A stretch of 64,000 bases of DNA from Deltaproteobacteria bacterium (GTDB taxonomy: Bacteria > Desulfobacterota > Binatia > UBA12015): positions 12,258-76,257 of the forward strand of contig JAYGCM010000075.1 of assembly GCA_046583355.1 (NCBI GenBank), in the 5' to 3' direction. How positions within the stretch are numbered: position 1 is the first letter of the stretch; every line of letters starts with the position of its first letter. The position numbers and the translations under genes were made by a program. Below the pieces are notes generated by a model. It saw only the letters and a list, made by a program, of their open reading frames with translations. It did no database searches and was not told the DNA's origin. Shown here one piece after another: positions 60,543 to 64,000 of this stretch.

Positions 60543-60740
60543 ATGCCGAAAATCAAGACCAACCGCGCCGCTGCGAAACGCTTCAAGCGTCTCGCCAGTG
60601 GCAAGCTCAAGCGCTTCCGCGCGTTCGCCCGGCATCAGATGCGGACCAAAACCACCAAACAAAAACGCACGCTGCGAACCGGCACGATTGTCTCGTCGGC
60701 TGACGCGCCGCGCATCAATCGGCTCCTGCCGAACCGTTAG
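60543..60740 (+). CDS. rpmI: 50S ribosomal protein L35
   Basis: [15 protein letters not shown]. Confidence 0.96.
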   Translation: MPKIKTNRAAAKRFKRLASGKLKRFRAFARHQMRTKTTKQKRTLRTGTIVSSADAPRINRLLPNR

Positions 60741-60751
60741 GGAAAAGAGCA

Positions 60752-61111
60752 ATGCCGAGAGTCAAGCGCGGTTTTAAAGCCCGTCGTCGTCGTAAGAAAT
60801 TCCTCAAGCTGGCCAAGGGCTTCGTCGGTGGTCGGCGCAAACTCTATCGCTCCGCTCGCGAGACCGTAGAGAAGGGCCTGGGTTACGCGTTTCGCGACCG
60901 CAAGGTGAAGAAGCGCGACTTCCGTCGCCTCTGGATCGTCCGCATCAATGCCGCCGCTCGCATTCAGGGCCTCTCCTACAGCCGTCTCATTGCGGGACTG
61001 GGCAAGGCCGGTATCGAGCTCGACCGCAAGGTGCTCGCGCAGGTTGCTGCGTCGGATGCCGACGCGTTTGGCGAGATCGCCGAGAAGGCCAAAGCCGCTC
61101 TCGCAGCCTGA
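60752..61111 (+). CDS. rplT: 50S ribosomal protein L20
   Basis: MPRVKRG and [12 protein letters not shown] motifs. Confidence 0.97.
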   Translation: MPRVKRGFKARRRRKKFLKLAKGFVGGRRKLYRSARETVEKGLGYAFRDRKVKKRDFRRLWIVRINAAARIQGLSYSRLIAGLGKAGIELDRKVLAQVAASDADAFGEIAEKAKAALAA

Positions 61112-61127
61112 CGACCCTGGGCACGAG

Positions 61128-62153
61128 GTGTCGGTAGGAGAGCAGATTGAATCCCTCGAGCGTACCACGCTCGTGCGGGTACCGACGCTGGCGAGCGCCG
61201 ATGAGTTGGAGAAGCTCCGCGTCGAGGTGATCGGGCGCAAGGGTGCCCTTACGGGCATTCTACGCGGTCTGAAGGACGCCACACCCGAGGAGCGTCCGAT
61301 TCTGGGCGAGCGCGCCAACGCCGCCAAGCGGGCCATCGAATCGGCCATCAATACGGCATTGAGTGAGCTGCGCCACGCAGCCGAGGCCGCGCGGATCCAG
61401 TCCGAGCGCATCGATGTCACGCTTCCGGCTGCGCGTTGGCCTGTTGGTCATTTCCATCCCCTACAACAGGCGATGACCGACGCGATCGGCATCCTCGAGA
61501 GTATGGGCTTTGAGGTCGCCGACGGCCCCGAGATGGAAGACGACGAGCATAATTTCGAGGCTCTGAATTTCGCTCCCGACCATCCCGCGCGCGATATGGC
61601 CGATACCTTCCTGCTCGAAGACGGTCGGCTCCTGCGCACGCATACCTCGCCCATCCAAATTCGCGTGATGCGCGAGCGCCAGCCGCCGCTGGCCGTGATC
61701 GCACCGGGCGCGACCTACCGGCGCGACGACGACGCCACTCATCTGCCGATGTTCCACCAGATCGAGTCCTTTCTCGTCGACAGCAATATTCGGTTCTCGG
61801 ACCTCAAAGGCGTGCTCGAAGAATTCCTCGTAGCCTTCTTCGGCAAGGTCGAATTGCGCTTTCGCGCTTCTTATTTCCCCTTCGTCGAACCAGGTGCCGA
61901 GGTCGATATCGCGTGCGTGATGTGCGCCGGCGCCGGCAGCGGATGCCGGGTCTGCAGCAGCACGGGCTGGCTCGAGATCCTCGGTGCGGGAATGATCCAC
62001 CCCAATGTCTTGCGCGCGGTCGATTACGACCCTGAGCGCGTGTCGGGCTTCGCCTTCGGTGTGGGTATTGAGCGTCTCGCGATGCTGCGCCACGCAATCG
62101 ACGATATGCGTTTGTTGGTCGAGAACGACCTGCGTTTCCTCAGGCAATTCTGA
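61128..62153 (+). CDS. pheS: phenylalanine--tRNA ligase alpha subunit
   Basis: HPARDMADTF, LRTHTS, YFPFVEP and GFAFGVGIERL motifs. Confidence 0.96.
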   Translation: MSVGEQIESLERTTLVRVPTLASADELEKLRVEVIGRKGALTGILRGLKDATPEERPILGERANAAKRAIESAINTALSELRHAAEAARIQSERIDVTLPAARWPVGHFHPLQQAMTDAIGILESMGFEVADGPEMEDDEHNFEALNFAPDHPARDMADTFLLEDGRLLRTHTSPIQIRVMRERQPPLAVIAPGATYRRDDDATHLPMFHQIESFLVDSNIRFSDLKGVLEEFLVAFFGKVELRFRASYFPFVEPGAEVDIACVMCAGAGSGCRVCSSTGWLEILGAGMIHPNVLRAVDYDPERVSGFAFGVGIERLAMLRHAIDDMRLLVENDLRFLRQF

Positions 62154-62156
62154 ATC

Positions 62157-64000
62157 ATGCGATTACCATTGGATTGGCTGGAGGAATGGGTTCCCAACCT
62201 CCCGGAAGCATCGGTACTCGCCGAGCGTTTGACCTTCGCGGGCCTTGAGATCGAGGAAATTGCGACAGCGGCGCTGCCGGCGAAGGTTCTCGTCGGTCGG
62301 GTGATCGCGACCGAGAAGCACCCGGACGCGGACCGCTTGCGCGTCTGTACGGTCGACCTTGGCGGCGCGGCGCCGGTTACGATCGTCTGCGGTGCGGCCA
62401 ATGTGGCCGCGGGTCAATTTGTTGCAGTGGCGACGCCAGGTACGCGCATGCCCGATGGCATGAAAATCAAGGCCGGCAAGCTGCGCGGTATACGCTCGGA
62501 GGGGATGATCTGCTCGGAGCGCGAGCTTGGGCTTGGCGACGGGCATGAGGGTATCCTCACGCTTGCGGCCGACGATTTCCGCAGCCCTGTCAGCCTGGAG
62601 GCCGGTCGGCCGCTTGGCGAGCTGCTCGCGCCGACCCTGGTCTTCGATATCGCGATCACACCGAATCGTGGCGACTGTATTTCCGTGCTTGGCATTGCCC
62701 GCGATGTGATCGCCCTGATCGGCGGGCAGCTCAAGGCGCAGGCGGCCGACGTGCCCGAGGCCCTCGCGGGTGATGCCGTGGCGGTGGCGATCGAAGCCGA
62801 AGAGCATTGCCCCTGGTATTGCGCGCAGCGCTTCTCGGTACCCGAGCGCAAACGTTCGCCGCTTTGGCTGCGCCGCCGCTTGGCACTCGCCGGCGTGCGG
62901 GCGCTTTCCCCGGTGGTCGACCTGACAAATTATGTGATGCTGGAGCGCGGCCAGCCCACGCATGCCTTTGATTGGGCGCATGTGGCGGGCGGCCGTCTGG
63001 TCGTTCGCCATGCGGTCGCCGGTGAGAAGTTGCGGCTGCTCGACGACTCCGAGGTCAAGCTGCTGGCCGAGGATCTGGTCATCGCCGATGGCGACGGCCC
63101 GGTAGCGCTTGCTGGCGTGATGGGTGGTTCGCGTACCGAGGTGAGCGCAGGCACTCGGGAGGTTGTGCTGGAGAGCGCGGTTTTCGACCCGCGCTCGGTG
63201 CGGCGCACCGCGCGGCGGCTGGGCCTTCACTCGGAGGCTTCGTTTCGCTTTGAGCGCGAGGTCGACCCGGCGGCGGCGGCCCAGGCTGTGCAGGCATTTG
63301 CCGGCCACGCCGGGATTTTCGGCATGCAGCGCTGCGGGCCATTGGCCGAAGCCGGCGCCATGGCGCCCGAGCGCCCCGTGATCGAACTCGCGGCGGCGCG
63401 GGTGGGCCAACTCCTGGGCACCGAGGTGCCCGAGGCCGAGAGCATCGCCGCTCTGCGCTCCTTGGGTGCGCATGTCGAGGTGGGCGAGGGGGGACGGCTT
63501 ATGGTCGTACCGCCATCGTGGCGCAATGACCTGGTACAGGAGGCCGACCTCATCGAGGAAGTCGCCCGCTTGCATGGTTTTGAAAAGATCCCGACAACGC
63601 GTCCTCGAATTCTCGCGCGCGCGCGTGCCCGCGAACGTGGCGGGCTCGCCGACCTTCGCGCCGCATGGCGCAGCCGTGGCTTTGCCGAGGCGCTCACGCT
63701 CAGCTTTGCCGAGGCTTCCGAAAATCAACGCTTCGGCGGCCTCTGGCCGGCTGGTTCGGCCAGTGTTGCGATGCGCAACCCCCTCGCCAGTGTCGCCAGC
63801 GAGCTGCGGCGTAGTCTTCTGCCCGGCTTGCTCGCAGCGGCCCGACTCAATCGCTCGCGCGACGCAGCCTTCATCCCGCTCTTCACCAGCGGGCGGGTTT
63901 TCGCCGCGCCCCAGGGCGGCCTCGGCGAAGAGCGACGCGCCATTGCCGCCTTGGTGGCCGGGACGCCGCCGGTACCGCTTGGCGAGGAAATGGCTCCTTT
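62157..64000 (+). CDS. pheT: phenylalanine--tRNA ligase beta subunit (runs off the window)
   Basis: Manual translation gives MRLPLDWLEEW...KHPDADRL...IVCGAAN...SEGMICSERELG...ITPNRGDC...SFRFER. Confidence 0.95.
   Translation, partial: MRLPLDWLEEWVPNLPEASVLAERLTFAGLEIEEIATAALPAKVLVGRVIATEKHPDADRLRVCTVDLGGAAPVTIVCGAANVAAGQFVAVATPGTRMPDGMKIKAGKLRGIRSEGMICSERELGLGDGHEGILTLAADDFRSPVSLEAGRPLGELLAPTLVFDIAITPNRGDCISVLGIARDVIALIGGQLKAQAADVPEALAGDAVAVAIEAEEHCPWYCAQRFSVPERKRSPLWLRRRLALAGVRALSPVVDLTNYVMLERGQPTHAFDWAHVAGGRLVVRHAVAGEKLRLLDDSEVKLLAEDLVIADGDGPVALAGVMGGSRTEVSAGTREVVLESAVFDPRSVRRTARRLGLHSEASFRFEREVDPAAAAQAVQAFAGHAGIFGMQRCGPLAEAGAMAPERPVIELAAARVGQLLGTEVPEAESIAALRSLGAHVEVGEGGRLMVVPPSWRNDLVQEADLIEEVARLHGFEKIPTTRPRILARARARERGGLADLRAAWRSRGFAEALTLSFAEASENQRFGGLWPAGSASVAMRNPLASVASELRRSLLPGLLAAARLNRSRDAAFIPLFTSGRVFAAPQGGLGEERRAIAALVAGTPPVPLGEEMAP

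Noticed and set aside
58557..63728. 537-aa and 521-aa minus-strand ORFs
   Set aside because: Antisense to thrS and pheT.

Overview
High-GC bacterial chromosome segment that is mostly housekeeping. Gene content suggests a deltaproteobacterial-type organism such as Ca. Binatia or Myxococcota, which is an inference only. From left to right: partial ilvB (-); tadA and a tRNA cluster (Ser, Ser, Gly, Cys, Leu) interleaved with an RRM-HicB-like fusion, a BRCT-MerR-TPR protein and rnd; a duplicated tRNA-Leu 3' end; rnhB, E2, lpdA, lipB; a GST/Bfd-like/LonN/MoeZ/ThiS cluster; a candidate ~360-nt structured RNA carrying a 15-codon ORF downstream of an efp with a PGNW loop; a decayed nucleotidyltransferase/partner pair; a five-gene mevalonate operon without HMG-CoA synthase; DEAD-box helicase, fused selD, AI-2E transporter, IS3 remnant, site-2 protease, copA, sulfotransferase, eno; lipid-catabolic genes including a ceramidase; tRNA-fMet and a three-box DnaA-like cluster; stand-alone dnaE2 with an SOS-like box; a Fur-boxed bfd; mlaFEDAC; tRNA-Arg and tRNA-Gln, prs-rplY-pth-rpsF-rpsR-rplI, tRNA-Val; and thrS-rpmI-rplT-pheS-pheT, from which infC is missing. 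No CRISPR array, prophage or intact mobile element was seen. All calls come from reading motifs by eye, with no database searches.
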